From Eledone cirrhosa (lineage: Eukaryota): a DNA stretch of 64,000 nt. Numbering within the stretch: position 1 is the stretch's first letter; each line of letters opens with the position of its first letter. The notes under the pieces are model-generated. The model worked only from the letters and a program-made list of their open reading frames with translations. It ran no database searches and was not told the origin of the DNA. The DNA is taken from positions 368,528,001 through 368,592,000 of the forward strand of contig OZ024740.1 in assembly GCA_964016885.1 (NCBI GenBank). Reading direction: 5' to 3'. The position numbers were made by a program, and so were the translations under genes. Positions 40,000 through 53,697 of this stretch are shown piece by piece.

Positions 40000-40679
40000 T
40001 TTATCAGAAAACTTGGATATGCTATTGTTACAAAGCAAACTAACAATTTGTTTATTTGTATTTGCAGTCTGACTGGACTGGAAACCATCTACTTCAATTC
40101 ACTTACTCATTTGTTGTATATATTTTACCATTTACTAATAAATATACCCTCTTACGTGGTCATGAAAACCCTCTTCTGTGATCTCTAAGCTCACAAACGG
40201 AGGGGACATCAAGTTAGATATAACAATTTATCCTGTCGTTTTCATTAAAGGGAACATTGGAAAGCTTTGAAATGATATAATTGCCACTTTCTTCCAGATA
40301 AAAGCACTCTTGGGAAAGACAGAGGTGTTCTTGTATAAATGTTCAAAATAGCTGGTAACGCCTGGTGGGAATATAACAAATTCAGCTGGCCCTTATTCAT
40401 AAAAAGAACATTTATGTTCCTTTTTTTTAAATTTATATATTTCCTTTCAAGGAATGTATTTATTCTCTCAGCTACCTACAATTGTATCTTTGGAATATTG
40501 TTAATCAATCTTTTAGTAATCTACAGATATCAAAATCAGTAGTATATTGAAAAATGGAAGAATAGTGTAGGCGGCGTTTCGTTATTTCGAGGGACAAAAG
40601 GGTGCGTTTGGCCTAAATGGGTTGAGAACCTGTGATCTGGACGACTGCTTCATCCTCTGGCATGAAAGTATATATAGAT

Positions 40680-41590
40680 TTATCTTTACATTGTCCTTTA
40701 GTACATCTTATGCTATATACTATATTTCTTGTTTTACAGTTAATATGGGGGCTTAGTTTACGATACAACCCCTAGAGGTGAATTGGTTTACAAATTTAAA
40801 AGGGCCCTAGGTAAACTTAAACAAAATATTAAGATAGTAGAAATACTATAAAAACACTTATTAGTAATACATACCCTTTTCAAAGACATCCCTGTATAGA
40901 TAAGAAATGCATAATCTGTAAACTAAGCCCCCATATTAACAGTAAAACTAGAAACATAGTATATAGCATAAGATGTACTGAGGGACAATGTAAAAATAAG
41001 AATATAGTGTACATAGGTGAGACAGCTCGTAGTATAGGAGAACGATTAAATGAACACTAGCGAGAGCTTCAAGATAGATAAGATTCATCAGTACTCCACC
41101 AACATGCTAAAATAGAACATAAGGGCAAATTAGTGAACATAGAACCAAAAATAAAATCTACACACAGAAAAGACGTAATGTTTAGACAAATCACAGAGGC
41201 AATACACATTTATGAACTCCAAACAAAATTAAATAGAAAACATGAATGGAATAGCAACATCACAATTTACAATTAAGGACAACATGAAAGCAGACACACA
41301 TAGAACAAACAACCAACCAATAACCAGTAACACACAAAAAAACAAGATGGCGTAGGACAGAACAAAGGAGAGGCACAAAACAAAGAGAAAAATACTCAGT
41401 CACTGAAGAGGTCACAGAATGTGTGATGAAAGAACTTTGACAATATATGAACAACCGTCCGGTTGTGGAACCAACCAACCAACGAACCAACCGGAAATTT
41501 ATAAATTCTTAAATATATAAATTTAATTTATAATACATTGGAGTGAAAATTTCTGGTGCGTGTGTTACTTATTAGCAACATGGCCCTTCC
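40680..41590 (+). mobile_element. Nematis-like PLE 3' fragment (Zn-finger + GIY-YIG) with a short inverted 5' piece
   Basis: PFKDIPCIDKKCIICK..TRNIVYSIRC..VYIGETARSIGERLNEH, FRQITEA..I, LNRKHEW; 40680-40761 is an inverted copy of 40919-40997; ends at (TA)n. Confidence 0.75.
41399..41441 (+). ncRNA. Minimal type I hammerhead motif in the Nematis-like 3' UTR
   Basis: GTCA-CTGAAGA-GGTCAC agaatgt GTGAT-GAAA-GAAC-TT-TGAC; stem II closing pair damaged. Confidence 0.6.
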
Positions 41591-41598
41591 AATATATG

Positions 41599-41701
<103 letters not shown>

Positions 41702-41727
41702 TATATATATATAATATATATATATAT

Positions 41728-41920
41728 TTAGGAAAAGGTATGACCCCGACGGCAGAGCTCAAGCCGTTTCGACGGCTATTTCTGGACTGAAATAGCCATT
41801 GAAACGGCTTGAGTTCTGTCGTCGGGGTCATACTTTTTACTATTACCCACTCTACTACCCTAATTATTGTATTCTATAGGGCGTTATAGTCCATCTGCTC
41901 CCTTACCACAACTCCTTCGT

Positions 41921-41921
<1 letters not shown>
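41728..41921. mobile_element. Collapsed palindromic mini-element made of two inverted ends of the Hydra-like PLE family
   Basis: gtatgaccccgacggcagagctcaagccgtttcgacggctatttc-tggact-gaaatagccattgaaacggcttgagttctgtcgtcggggtcatac plus an ~80-nt tail homologous to 43090-43170 and 52890-52960; flanked by (TA)n. Confidence 0.85.
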
Positions 41922-41954
<33 letters not shown>

Positions 41955-41955
<1 letters not shown>

Positions 41956-43040
41956 TTATTAAAATAACAGATTAAAGTTTAAGCAAAGAATCGCTGCTTT
42001 CACCCTTAACGGGATCTTCTGAAACTAACAAAGTCAATCTGTAAACGCAGAACTGGATATTTCAAAAAACGTTGCAACCGGAGGAAGACAGGAAGACGAT
42101 ACTTTGTTTCGTGGTAACGTTCGCTGGCAAAGAACGGGAACAAACGAATGATACGTCATTAATAGGAGCGGTGAAAAACAATTACGTGCAAGGACAGAAC
42201 CACGTTTATGGTATAAAAGAGGCCGTAGACTAATGTTCTCTTAGGTGGTGCATAGAGACGTTCTCTGGCAATGAACGAAAAAACGAAGATAATAAGTCAT
42301 ATGTGGAGTGTGGAGAACAATAGCACGCAAAGATAAAACCACGTAAATGGTATAGCAGAAATCGTAGACTAAAATTCTAACCAGGAGACCAAATGAATCT
42401 CCGCTACTGAGTTAAGAACAAAGTAAATAAATACAATATAGAAGTAATAGAAACAAATAAATACATACACGCAAACAGATACGTACATACACAAGCATAC
42501 GCAAAACCTTACCACGGGTATACAAAACCACGCACATATAAATATGTGTGTGTGTATGCTTGTGTACAAATAAATAAATAATTATATAAACGTATATAAG
42601 TAAATAAATACGTATATAACAAGCGCACACGCATACCTACATATAAATACACGAATGTTCGGAGACGTAAGTCAACTAAAACAAGAAGTACACATATACA
42701 CACACCCACCATACGTACGAACCTGCACACTCACGCGGACGCAAAACTCCCGTATACACATAGCCAAACCCTAAATACCAGAATATGTAAAAATGATACG
42801 CTATAATAGTCAAATATACGTACGAGAAGGTATACATACCTTCACAAAACATACTGGTAATATATACTTGCCTATGCAAATAAGTAAAGGAATAAACAAA
42901 ACATATACTTAACTCCCACATCAAGACGTAAAATATCCACGTATAGATCGTGCTATCCGTTAGGGTATAACTTGGGGCTGTAATACAGGAAAGTTTTGTG
43001 CAATTTATGTTTACAAGCCGAAAGTGCCTCAGATTTTTTG

Positions 43041-43045
<5 letters not shown>
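41955..43045 (-). mobile_element. 3' fragment of a further Hydra-like PLE subfamily (last ~30 codons + ~1-kb 3' UTR)
   Basis: ILNKKSEALSACKHKLHKTFLYYSPKLYPNG* aligns with LLNKKDQLVTACKHRLRRTYLALKPHNDPGG* of ORF 44377; (TA)n on both sides. Confidence 0.7.
41976..42026 (-). ncRNA. Type I hammerhead motif with one core substitution (CAGAAGA)
   Basis: Minus strand: AGTTT-CAGAAGA-TCCC gttaa GGGT-GAAA-GCA gcgattctt TGC-TT-AAACT. Confidence 0.65.
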
Positions 43046-43091
<46 letters not shown>

Positions 43092-43181
43092 GAAGAAAAT
43101 GTGGTAAGGAACCAGGTGGACCATAACGCACCAAAGTACTCAATACTTGGGGTAGTAGAGTGGGTAATAGGAACCAGTAAG

Positions 43182-43275
43182 ACCCCGAGAGCTGAGCTCA
43201 AGCCGTTTCGACGGCTAATTCTGGACTAAATGAAAATTTATCCTGGTATTTAAATAGCCGATCTTCTCAAGGGGT
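43182..43275 (-). ncRNA. Type I hammerhead with U3-A8 variant core (left pLTR of copy A)
   Basis: Minus strand: ACCCC-TTGAGAA-GATCGGCTA...TAGCCGTC-GAAA-CGGC ttgagctca GCTC-TC-GGGGT. Confidence 0.75.
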
Positions 43276-44376
43276 AATTCCATATATGGTCAAAGTGATT
43301 GTCAAAAATCAGTAGTAATTCTGTGGTTGCAAATTAGTAGGGGAGATGGTGGCTAAACCTGCCAGTAGGAGAAAGAGGGGAGGGGGTGGAGTAGACCCAA
43401 TCAAGCGTTGGTAGTGCCAGCTACAGCTGGGCATGAGGTCAAAGAATATACAGGGGAGGGGGAGGGGGAGGAAGTCGGAACGGTAGGTAGAACAATGGGG
43501 TGTAGAAATATATAGGAAAGAAAAAATACTGAGAGTGAAGAAAAGCAAATAAAGAAAAAAGTAAAGTAAATTAAATTCTACGACCTAGGTCTCAGGCTAT
43601 TGTTAGGCTAGAATAAAATAAAGAAAGAAAGAAGTAAAGAAAAAAATAAATAAAGAAATAACGAAATAAGTAAAAGAACTAGGTGGGACGGAATAAGCAA
43701 GGACCCTTTTAAGAGGTATAAGTACGTAAATGATACGGTGACGGGTCAACAAAAGGGGCCAAAATACTAAAGAGACTACCACGAAATAAACAATAAAGGT
43801 TTCCATCCCGGGCCAGCAACGACCCAGTGCAGCAAAGTGAACTTGTACGAGATAATAATTCTGAGTCCCGAGAAAAATATATACTAATGCTAACTCTAAA
43901 AGATCTAAAACAAGCTACATGAAAGTTCGTACGAAATAAAGGTAGAATACGGAGAAATAAATTCAGAATCCACCCCGCCCAGAAGTAAAGCGAAGCAAGA
44001 AATACTGAAAGGAAAAAATAAGGCATAAGTGCCACTAAGAAATATAGAGGGCACAGAGAATAGTGGGAGCGGTCGGAAAAAGGGGGCAAGTATCCGGGGT
44101 CTAAGCCAACTGCTATAAAGGGCGGAGTCCGCCAAATCTATCATAGACTAGGGGACGGGGTGGTGGGGGTACTAAGGCTACATGGGGCCAAAGGGCAGCC
44201 TCGGGTGGGCGAGAAAAGACGCCGACAAAGGAGAAGAGCTGGGGTAGAAGGACTAAGGAGAGAGGGGGAAGGAAATAAAGGAAGCGATAAAAGAATACAA
44301 AGAAGATCTTAAGTCTTCCTTGGCAAGCAGGGGTTACCCATTGCAAAATCGGCAAGTGGGGTGTTATAGCCCTAGT

Positions 44377-45794
44377 CTACCCCCCCGGGTCATTATGGGG
44401 TTTGAGGGCGAGGTAAGTCCTACGCAATCTATGTTTACATGCAGTAACCAGTTGATCTTTCTTGTTTAGGAGTTGGTCCGTCGAAAACAGCATTTGTAAA
44501 GTTTCCTCCGAGCATAAATTGCACGGACGGCGTCCTCCCGTGTAAGAATTGGCTCTGGACAGTAATCTCCAAGTGAGATCATAGGTGATGTTGTTGTCCT
44601 TGAGGTCCCATATGTGGCCCGAAAGTGTAGTGGCGTGACGCCGGGCCGGGTTTCGGAAGGTATGTCTATGTTGGTATAGCCGGGTCTTGAAGTCACATGC
44701 GGTAAGTCCTATATAGGCTTTGTTGGAGGTATCCGTCCTCACGTTGCACTGGTAGATCACATTACGGTCTCTGCATCTATTGTCGAGTGGGCAAATAGAT
44801 CTATCCGGGCAGTTACACCCTCTGGTCGGTTCTCCACTGCTATTTAGTTTATTTCTGCCATCGGGGTTGAGTTTTTTGTTGTTAGAGGAGACGATGTTTT
44901 GTGCGAAGTTTGGTGTAGTGCTGTAAGATAGTTTGATGGTATTTTTGTTAATTATGTTGTGGTAGCGGTGTTGTAATGGGAAGTATTTTTCAATGAGCCT
45001 AAAGAATAGTTTCCCGATGGGAGTTGTCACCTCTGCGTTGTGGGGAGGATTGAACCATGTTACATTGCGTGAGCGGCGGTGTCTCCTGCTGGTTCCGCTA
45101 TTGGGAGCTGGACAGTAGGATATTTCCTCCCGGAAACCACTCCGCTTGAGGGCCTGGTTGTAATAAGGCGCATGTTCATCGAATATCCGCTCATTAGCTG
45201 ACAAACGGGATATGCGAAGGGAGATGTTTTTGACCAGGTTGTTTGTGATGTTCCTAGGATGGTTTGATCGGCGGTGGATGTAGTGCAGATTGTCATTAGG
45301 TTTCCTGTATGGGTAGTACAGGTCGTTTTCGAGGTCGAGGGTCACGTCCAGGAAGTTTACTCGGGTCAGGGACGTTTGTAGGGTTATTTTAAATCCCCAG
45401 TCGCGGAAGAATCTGATTAATTGTTTCCGGTCCCGATCTGTACTAATGGGGTTGTACCCTTTAAGGGTAAGGAGCCCATCATCACGGTACAATCCACCAC
45501 CGAATGCAGGAAACATATCAGTGAGTTTGGCTATTAGGAATAATCCTATAAGATCTGTGACCTCCGCCGAATCCGTGGCGCCCATGCTGACGTCGAAGGG
45601 TGAGTCGGGAGCTCTTTTTATCCATTTAGAGTCGTCAAAGAGTAAGACTGTCTTCCTGGCGTGGAGGATGATTTTTCTTTCCTGGTCGGTGATGGGCACA
45701 AGTGTTTCGGCGAAGTCCAAGGCGGCAGTAAGTAGCGGTAAGGTGATTGAAGCATAGTAGCTCTCTATGTCGAACTGTATGAATTTAGTTTCCC
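44377..45794 (-). CDS. PLE reverse transcriptase + CxCx5C linker + GIY-YIG endonuclease (N-terminally truncated, otherwise open)
   Basis: FIQFDIESYYASI, FDVSMGATDSAEV, GGLYRDDGLL, VNFLDVTLDL, YRKPN, SNHP, WFNPP, CNCPDRSICPLDNRC, NVIYQC..KAYIGLT..FKTRLYQH, CNLCSEE. Confidence 0.92.
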
Positions 45795-46921
45795 TCAAAC
45801 CCCATAATGACCCGGGAGGGTAGACTAGGGCTATAACACCCCACTTGCCGATTTTGCAATGGGTAACCCCTGCTTGCCAAGGAAGACTTAAGATCTTCTT
45901 TGTATTCTTTTATCGCTTCCTTTATTTCCTCCCCCCCCCTCTCTCCTTAGTCCTTCTACCCCAGCTCTTCTCCTTTGTCGGCGTCTTTTCTCGCCCACCC
46001 GAGGCTGCCCTTTGGCCCCATGTAGCCTTAGTACCCCCACCACCCCGTCCCCTAGTCTATGATAGATTTGGCGGACTCCGCCCTTTATAGCAGTTGGCTT
46101 AGACCCCGGATACTTGCCCCCTTTTTCCGACCGCTCCCACTATTCTCTGTGCCCTCTATATTTCTTAGTGGCACTTATGCCTTATTTTTTCCTTTCAGTA
46201 TTTCTTGCTTCGCTTTTCTTCTGGGCGGGGTGGATTCTGAATTTATTTCTCCGTATTCTACCTTTATTTCGTACGAACTTTCATGTAGCTTGTTTTAGAT
46301 CTTTTAGAGTTAGCATTAGTATATATTTTTCTCGGGACTCAGAATTATTATCTCGTACAAGTTCACTTTGCTGCACTGGGTCGTTGCTGGCCCGGGATGG
46401 AAACCTTTATTGTTTATTTCGTGGTAGTCTCTTTAGTATTTTGGCCCCTTTTGTTGACCCGTCACCGTATCATTTACGTACTTATACCTCTTAAAAGGGT
46501 CCTTGCTTATTCCGTCCCACCTAGTTCTTTTACTTATTTCGTTATTTCTTTATTTATTTTTTTCTTTACTTCTTTCTTTCTTTATTTTATTCTAGCCTAA
46601 CAATAGCCTGAGACCTAGGTCGTAGAATTTAATTTACTTTACTTTTTTCTTTATTTGCTTTTCTTCACTCTCAGTATTTTTTCTTTCCTATATATTTCTA
46701 CACCCCATTGTTCTACCTACGGTTCCGACTTCCTCCCCCTCCCCTGTATCTTCTTTGACCTCATGCCCAGCTGTAGCTGGCACTACCAACGCTTGATTGG
46801 GTCTACTCCACCCCCTCCCCTCTTTCTCCTACTGGTATGTTTAGCCACCATCTGCCCTACTAATTTGCAACCACAGAATTACTACTGATTTTTGACAATC
46901 ACTTTGACCATATATGGAATT

Positions 46922-47015
46922 ACCCCTTGAGAAGATCGGCTATTTAAATACCAGGATAAATTTTCATTTAGTCCAGAATTAGCCGTCGAAACGGCTTGAG
47001 ATCAGCTGTCAGGGT
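46922..47015 (+). ncRNA. Type I hammerhead with U3-A8 variant core (right pLTR of copy A)
   Basis: ACCCC-TTGAGAA-GATCGGCTA...TAGCCGTC-GAAA-CGGC ttgagatca GCTG-TC-AGGGT. Confidence 0.75.
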
Positions 47016-47027
47016 CTTACTGGTTCC

Positions 47028-47136
<109 letters not shown>

Positions 47137-47550
47137 TGTGAGAGAGAGATATTGATATATAGATAAATAGTCCTCTAGAAGTGATCTATATATATATATA
47201 TGTAAATACACACACACACTAACGTATCCGAGGGTATACATATCATGTATATCTATTGTGAGTCATTGAGTAATGTGTGTGCCTGCGTGACTGTGTGTGT
47301 GTTTTTAAGTATGTTTATATTTGAGGTATTCAATGGATAACAATTAAATATGTTGGCAGTTCTTCTATCACCTTTTACGAATGGTCTTCGCATAAACCTA
47401 AAATTAAGACAATATATGCGTATTTCTTTATGTATGTAAATGTGTATGTATATATGCATATATTTTGTGTGTATGTGTAACACACATATACACATACACA
47501 CACACATACACGCACACACATATATATTATATACATATAAATATATTATA

Positions 47551-47645
<95 letters not shown>

Positions 47646-48051
47646 TTACATATATACATTTATATATATGTCTTTATGTATGGTTGTGAGTTTGTATCCA
47701 TACACATGTTTGGTGAACGAATAAACTGGTAGTACATATTTATTATAATTGTTCGGATCCAACCCAATGACCTTATTTCAGAGATATACTTATACCCTTG
47801 ACATGACCTATTCCTCTATTTGAACTTATTTTCTATTCTTGAATGTAGCATAGTATATCAATATACATCGATTATTTTCATAAACATTACTTTAGACATT
47901 AGAAATGTGGCTAGATATATTTCCATACATACATATATACATACAATCATACATGCACGCATAGATACAGACATACAGACGTTAACAACTTAAATACTAT
48001 CATAAGGGAATGTTTTTTCTCTGGAGATTATACATATATATATACATTTAC

Positions 48052-48158
<107 letters not shown>

Positions 48159-48173
48159 ATATATATGTATATA

Positions 48174-48218
<45 letters not shown>

Positions 48219-48254
48219 TATGTATATATATTTATATATATATGAAAAAGTATG

Positions 48255-48350
48255 ACCCCGACGGCAGAGCTCAAGCCGTTTCGACGGCTATTTCTTGACT
48301 AAATTAGAATGTTTAGCCTGGTGAATAAATAGCCGAACTTTCAAGGGGGT
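48255..48350 (-). ncRNA. Hammerhead motif, left pLTR of copy B
   Basis: Minus strand: ACCCC(C)-TTGAAA-GTTCGGCTA...TAGCCGTC-GAAA-CGGC ttgagctct GCCG-TC-GGGGT; core is one nt short. Confidence 0.65.
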
Positions 48351-51300
48351 ACTTCCGTATATGGGAAGATTGTAGTTGTCAAGAGGATTGGTTAAAATTT
48401 GTTGTAAACACTAATCAGTCTATCAGTCTATCATTTGATGGGAGGTAGGGGTAGCGGAACTTGCCTGTAGAACAATAGGGGAATGAGTGGAGCGGTCGAG
48501 CGTTGAAAGTGATATGTATACAGTAGATTCTAAGGCTAGTGTATGAAGTGGAGGAGGGAGGTTATAGAATAAGTAAATTGAATGAGAGTAGGAGACAATA
48601 AAAGATAATAGAAAGAAATAAAAAAATATATAAAATTAGATAGGGAGAAATGAATAAAAATATCACAATTCTATTTTACAATTACAGGTTAATAAGTTGA
48701 AAATAGAAAAAACTTGTAGAAATTGAGTCGTACCAGAAGTGATACAGAATTAAAGGGGTTTAACATGTCTGCTATAAGTAGTTAGGAAAACGTATTCGGC
48801 CAATTCTATCATAACATTACAAGGGTGGGGGAACTGATGCTACAGAGGCCCGATGGGCTCTATCGGGGTAGACGAAAGGGAAAATCAGACAAGAAAGAAA
48901 ATAGGGGATGGAAAGAAACAGGAGGAAGAAGAAGACGAAGAGGAAAAGAAAAGATATACATCTACCTAAGTAAGCTGGGGTTTCCCCTAACTTATTCGGC
49001 AAGTAGGGGGTATCAGCCCTTGTTTACCCACCCGGGTCGTTATGTGGATTGAGGGCGAGGTAAGTCCTACGCAATGTGTGTTTGCATGCGGTTACTAGTT
49101 CCTCTTTCTTGTTTTGGAGTTGGTCTTTCGAAAACAGCATTTGTAATGTTTCCTCCGAGCATAAGTTACACGGACGAATTCCTCCCGTGTAAGAGTTAGC
49201 TTTGGACAGTAAGCTCCAAATGAGAATGTAGGTTATAATATTATCTTGGAAGTCGCAGATGTGGCCCTAAAGTGTAGTGGCAGGTCGCCGTACCAGGTTT
49301 CGGAAAGTAAGTCGGTGTTGGTAGAGCCGGGTCTTGAAGTCACACGCGGTTAATCCTAAGCTTTGTTGGAGCTGTCCGTCCTCAGGTTGCACTGGTAGAT
49401 CACGTTACGTTCTTGGCATTTGTTGTTGAGGGGGCACGTAGATCTATCAGGGCAGTTAGACCTCCAGGTCGGCTCTCCACTGATGTCTAGGATATTTCTT
49501 CCATGGGGGTTGAATTTTTTGTTGTTTGAGGAGACGACGTTTTGTGCGAAGTTAGGTGTGGTGCCGTAGGTTAGTTTGGTGGTGTTTTTGTTGATTCTGT
49601 TGTGGTAGCGGTGTTGTAGTGGGAAGTGTTTTTCGAAGAGTCTAAAGAAGATTTACCCGATAGGTGTTGTCACCTCGGCATTATGGGGAGGATTGAACCA
49701 CGTTACATTGCGTGAGCGGCGGTGTCGCCTGCTGGATCCGCTAAGGGAAGCTGGATAAAAGGATATTTCCTCCCGGAAGCCACTCCGCTTGATGCCCTGG
49801 TTGTAATGTGGCACGTGTTCGTCGAATATCTGCTCATTAGCGGACAAACGAGATATGCGGAGGTAGATGTGTTTAACCAGGTTATTGGTGATGTTTCTAG
49901 GATGGTTAGAGCGGCGGAGGATGTCCTGTAGGTTGTCGTTTGGTTTCCTGTATGCAGGAAACATTTTGGTTAGTTTAAATTGTAGGAATAATCCTATAAG
50001 ATCTGTGACCTCGGCCGAATCCGTTGCGTCCATACTGACGTCGAAGAGTGAGTCGGGAGCTCTCTTTATCCACTTAGAGTTGTCGAAAAGTAGGACTGTC
50101 TTCCTGGGGTCGGGCATGATATTTCTTTCCTGCTCAGTGATGGGTGTGAGTCTTTCGGCAAAGTCCAAGGCAGCGGTAAGGAGCGGTAAGGTAATAGATG
50201 CATAGAAACTCTCTATGTCAAACAGGATGAATTTTGTGTCTCGTTTGTATTCCATATTCCTGAACCATGAGATTACTTCCTGTGTGCTGGACCATAGGCT
50301 AAGTCTCACGTTCTGCTTAACTTTCGGTATAACTCGGTCTAGGATATTTTTACTGATTCTCCCTATGTCCGACTTCGTTGGGTTTATAAGCCTAATCGAT
50401 GTTTTGCGGTCGAAGTCGGATTTGTGGTCCTTCAGTGCAGTCGGCGACCGCGAGGCTGGACATAATTTGTTGTCCATCTCGATTTATGTCCTCGTTAATT
50501 GAATGGTTAGCCCTTTTTATAGGTGGAGTTTAGGCTGCTCCTGATCAGTGTGTGGTATATGTCAGGGTTGACGAAGTAGAGGTTTCCTATTTTGTCCGAA
50601 TGCACCATGATGTCGTTGGTGTTTTCATACTCTGTTATTTTGCTACGGAGTTGTTGTAGGAATCTGGTGTCTGGGTTTGAATTTAATGCTCTTGACCAGG
50701 TGGAAAAGGTCGTTCTCGAAGGGTGAGAGCATAGGGTTCGGAGGGGGAGATTTGTAGGTATTGAATCCGAATCTCTCCTTGGTGACGAAGCCCTTATTGT
50801 CGCGGTATCTATCGTAGAATAAAGTTCTCCATCTTAGTCTTTTCGCAGATAGATCCATTTTTAGCGTGAGCATCCGAAGGTAAAGATTTCTCGGTGGAAC
50901 TGGAATGTTCTTGGTGGAGAAGTGGATATAGTGTTTTCGCATTCCTACTATTTAAACTCAATGAAATGTTTCCAGCATTCGGCGGTGGATTGTACCAGGA
51001 TCATGGGCTCCTCACCCTCAACGGGTATAACCCCAGTAGTAAATACCGGGTCCGTAAACAACTAATCAACTTCTTCCGGGACTGGGAATTTAAAATAACC
51101 CTACAAACGACACTAACCTGAGTCAATTTCCTGGACGTTACACTTAACCACGAAAATGATCTGTACTACCCATACAGGAAACCAAACGACAACATGCACT
51201 ACATGCACCGCCACTCTAACCATCCTAGGAACATCACCAATAACCTGGTTAAAAACATCTCCCTCCGCATATCTCGTTTGTCCGCTAATGAGCAGATATT

Positions 51301-52781
51301 CGACGAACACGCACCTTATTACAACCAGGCCCTCAATCGGAGTGTCTTCCGGGAGGAAATATCCTTTTATCCAGCTTCCATTAGCAGATCCAGCAGGCGA
51401 CACCGCCGCTCACGCAACGTAACTTGGTTCAATCCTCCCCATAATACCGAGGTGGCAACACCTATCGGGAAATTCTTCTTTAGACTCCTCTAAAACACTT
51501 CCCCCTACAACACGGCTACCACAGCATAATCAACAAAAATACCATCAAACTCTCCTACAGCACCACACCAAACTTCACACAAAACATCGTCTCCTCAAAC
51601 AACTAAAAATTCAACCACTATGGAAGAAATAACCGAGACATCATTGAAGAGCCGACCAGGAGGTGTAACTGCTCTGATAGATCTACGTGCCCCCTCAACA
51701 ACAGATGTTTGAGAACGTAACGTGATCTACCAGTGCAACGTGAGGATGGACACTTCCAACAAAGCTTTTATAGCATTAACCGCGTGTGACTTCAAGACCC
51801 GGCTCTACCAACCCCGACATACTTTCCGAAGCCTGGCCGGCGACATGCCACTACACTTTCGGGCCACATCTGGGACCTCCAAGATAATAATATAACTTAT
51901 AAATCTCACTTGGAGCTTAGTGCCCAAAGCTAACTCTTACACGGGAGGACGTCGTCCGTGTAACTTATGGACGGAGGAAACATTACAACTGCTGTTTTCG
52001 AAGGACCAACTCCTAAACAAGAAAGAGGAACTGGTAACCGCATACAAACACAGATTGCATAGGACTTATCTCGCCCTCAAACCCCATAACGACCCGGGTT
52101 GGTACACAAGGGCTGATACCACCGTACTTGCCGAATAAATTAGGAGAAACCCCAGCTTACTTAGGTAGATGTATCTCTTTTCTTTTGTTTTCCTCTTTGT
52201 CTTCTTCTTCCCCCTGTTTCTTTCCACCCCCTATTTTCCTCCTCGTCTGCTTTTTCCCTTCGCCTAACCCGATGCAGCCCATCGGGCCTCTGTAGCATCA
52301 GTTCCCCCACCCCTGTAATGTTAAGATAGAATTGGCCGAATACGTTTTCCTAACTACTTATAGCAGATGTGTTAAACACCTTTAATTATGTATCACTTCT
52401 GGTACTACTCAATTTCTACAAGTGTTTTCTATTCTCTACTTATTAACCTGTAATTGTAAGATAGCATTGTGATATTTTTATTCATTTCAAACTATCTAAC
52501 TTGATATATTTTTTTATTCCTTTCTATTATATTTTATTGTCTCCTACTCGTATTCGATTTACCTATTCTATAACCTCCCTCCTCCACTTCATACACTAGC
52601 CTTAGAATATGCTGTATACTTATCACTTTCAACGCTTGACCGCTCTACTCACTCCCCTATTGTTCTACAGGCAGGTTCAGCCACCCCTACCTCCCACCAA
52701 ATGGCATGATAGACTGATTAGTGTTTACAACAAAATTTAACCAATCCTCTTGACATCTACAATCTTCCCATTTAAGGATGT

Positions 52782-52878
52782 ACCCCTTTGAAAAGTTCGG
52801 CTATTTATTCACCAGGCTAAACATTCTAATTTATTCCAGAAATAGAAGTCGAAACGGATTGAGCTCTGCCGTCGGGGT
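52782..52878 (+). ncRNA. Hammerhead motif with UUGAAAA core, right pLTR of copy B
   Basis: ACCCC(T)-TTGAAAA-GTTCGGCTA...TAGAAGTC-GAAA-CGGA ttgagctct GCCG-TC-GGGGT. Confidence 0.65.
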
Positions 52879-52957
52879 CATACCTTTTCCTATTTTCCAC
52901 TAAGTATTGAGTACTCTGGTGCGTTATGGTCCATCTCGTTCCATACCACAATTCCTT

Positions 52958-53404
<447 letters not shown>

Positions 53405-53405
<1 letters not shown>

Positions 53406-53697
53406 GTTATTAAACAAATGGAAACTATATTTATAAAACCATATTTATTTCGTTATATATATTTCTGGGATATCATATTAAAAATATGGTATGCCTTCCT
53501 CAGACAAAATACAATATATAAACTGTTTTATAAATTATTTTGAAATACCTTAGATTAATGCAACTTCCATTTAAAAAGTTGATTTGGTAGTGAAACTGTT
53601 GAGGACAGTTATAGAGAAAGAAAGACGAAGAAAAGTGCTTTTATATCAGTTATAAAATATTTACTCATTGTAACCCAACAATTTTAAATAAAACTTT

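Larger units (their letters stand above)
38208..40634 (+). mobile_element. hAT (Charlie/Buster group) DNA transposon, internally deleted
   Basis: TIRs CAAAGGTTCTCAAC / GTTGAGAACCTGTG; 8-bp TSD ATCTAGAC (38200-38207) / ATCTGGAC (40635-40642), matching the NTCTAGAN preference. Confidence 0.9.

Noticed and set aside
43309-46888. Mirror-image F/L-rich ORFs in both pLTR arms (also 54772-55018 and 58033-58279)
   Set aside because: By-products of pyrimidine-rich 3' UTR duplicated in inverted orientation
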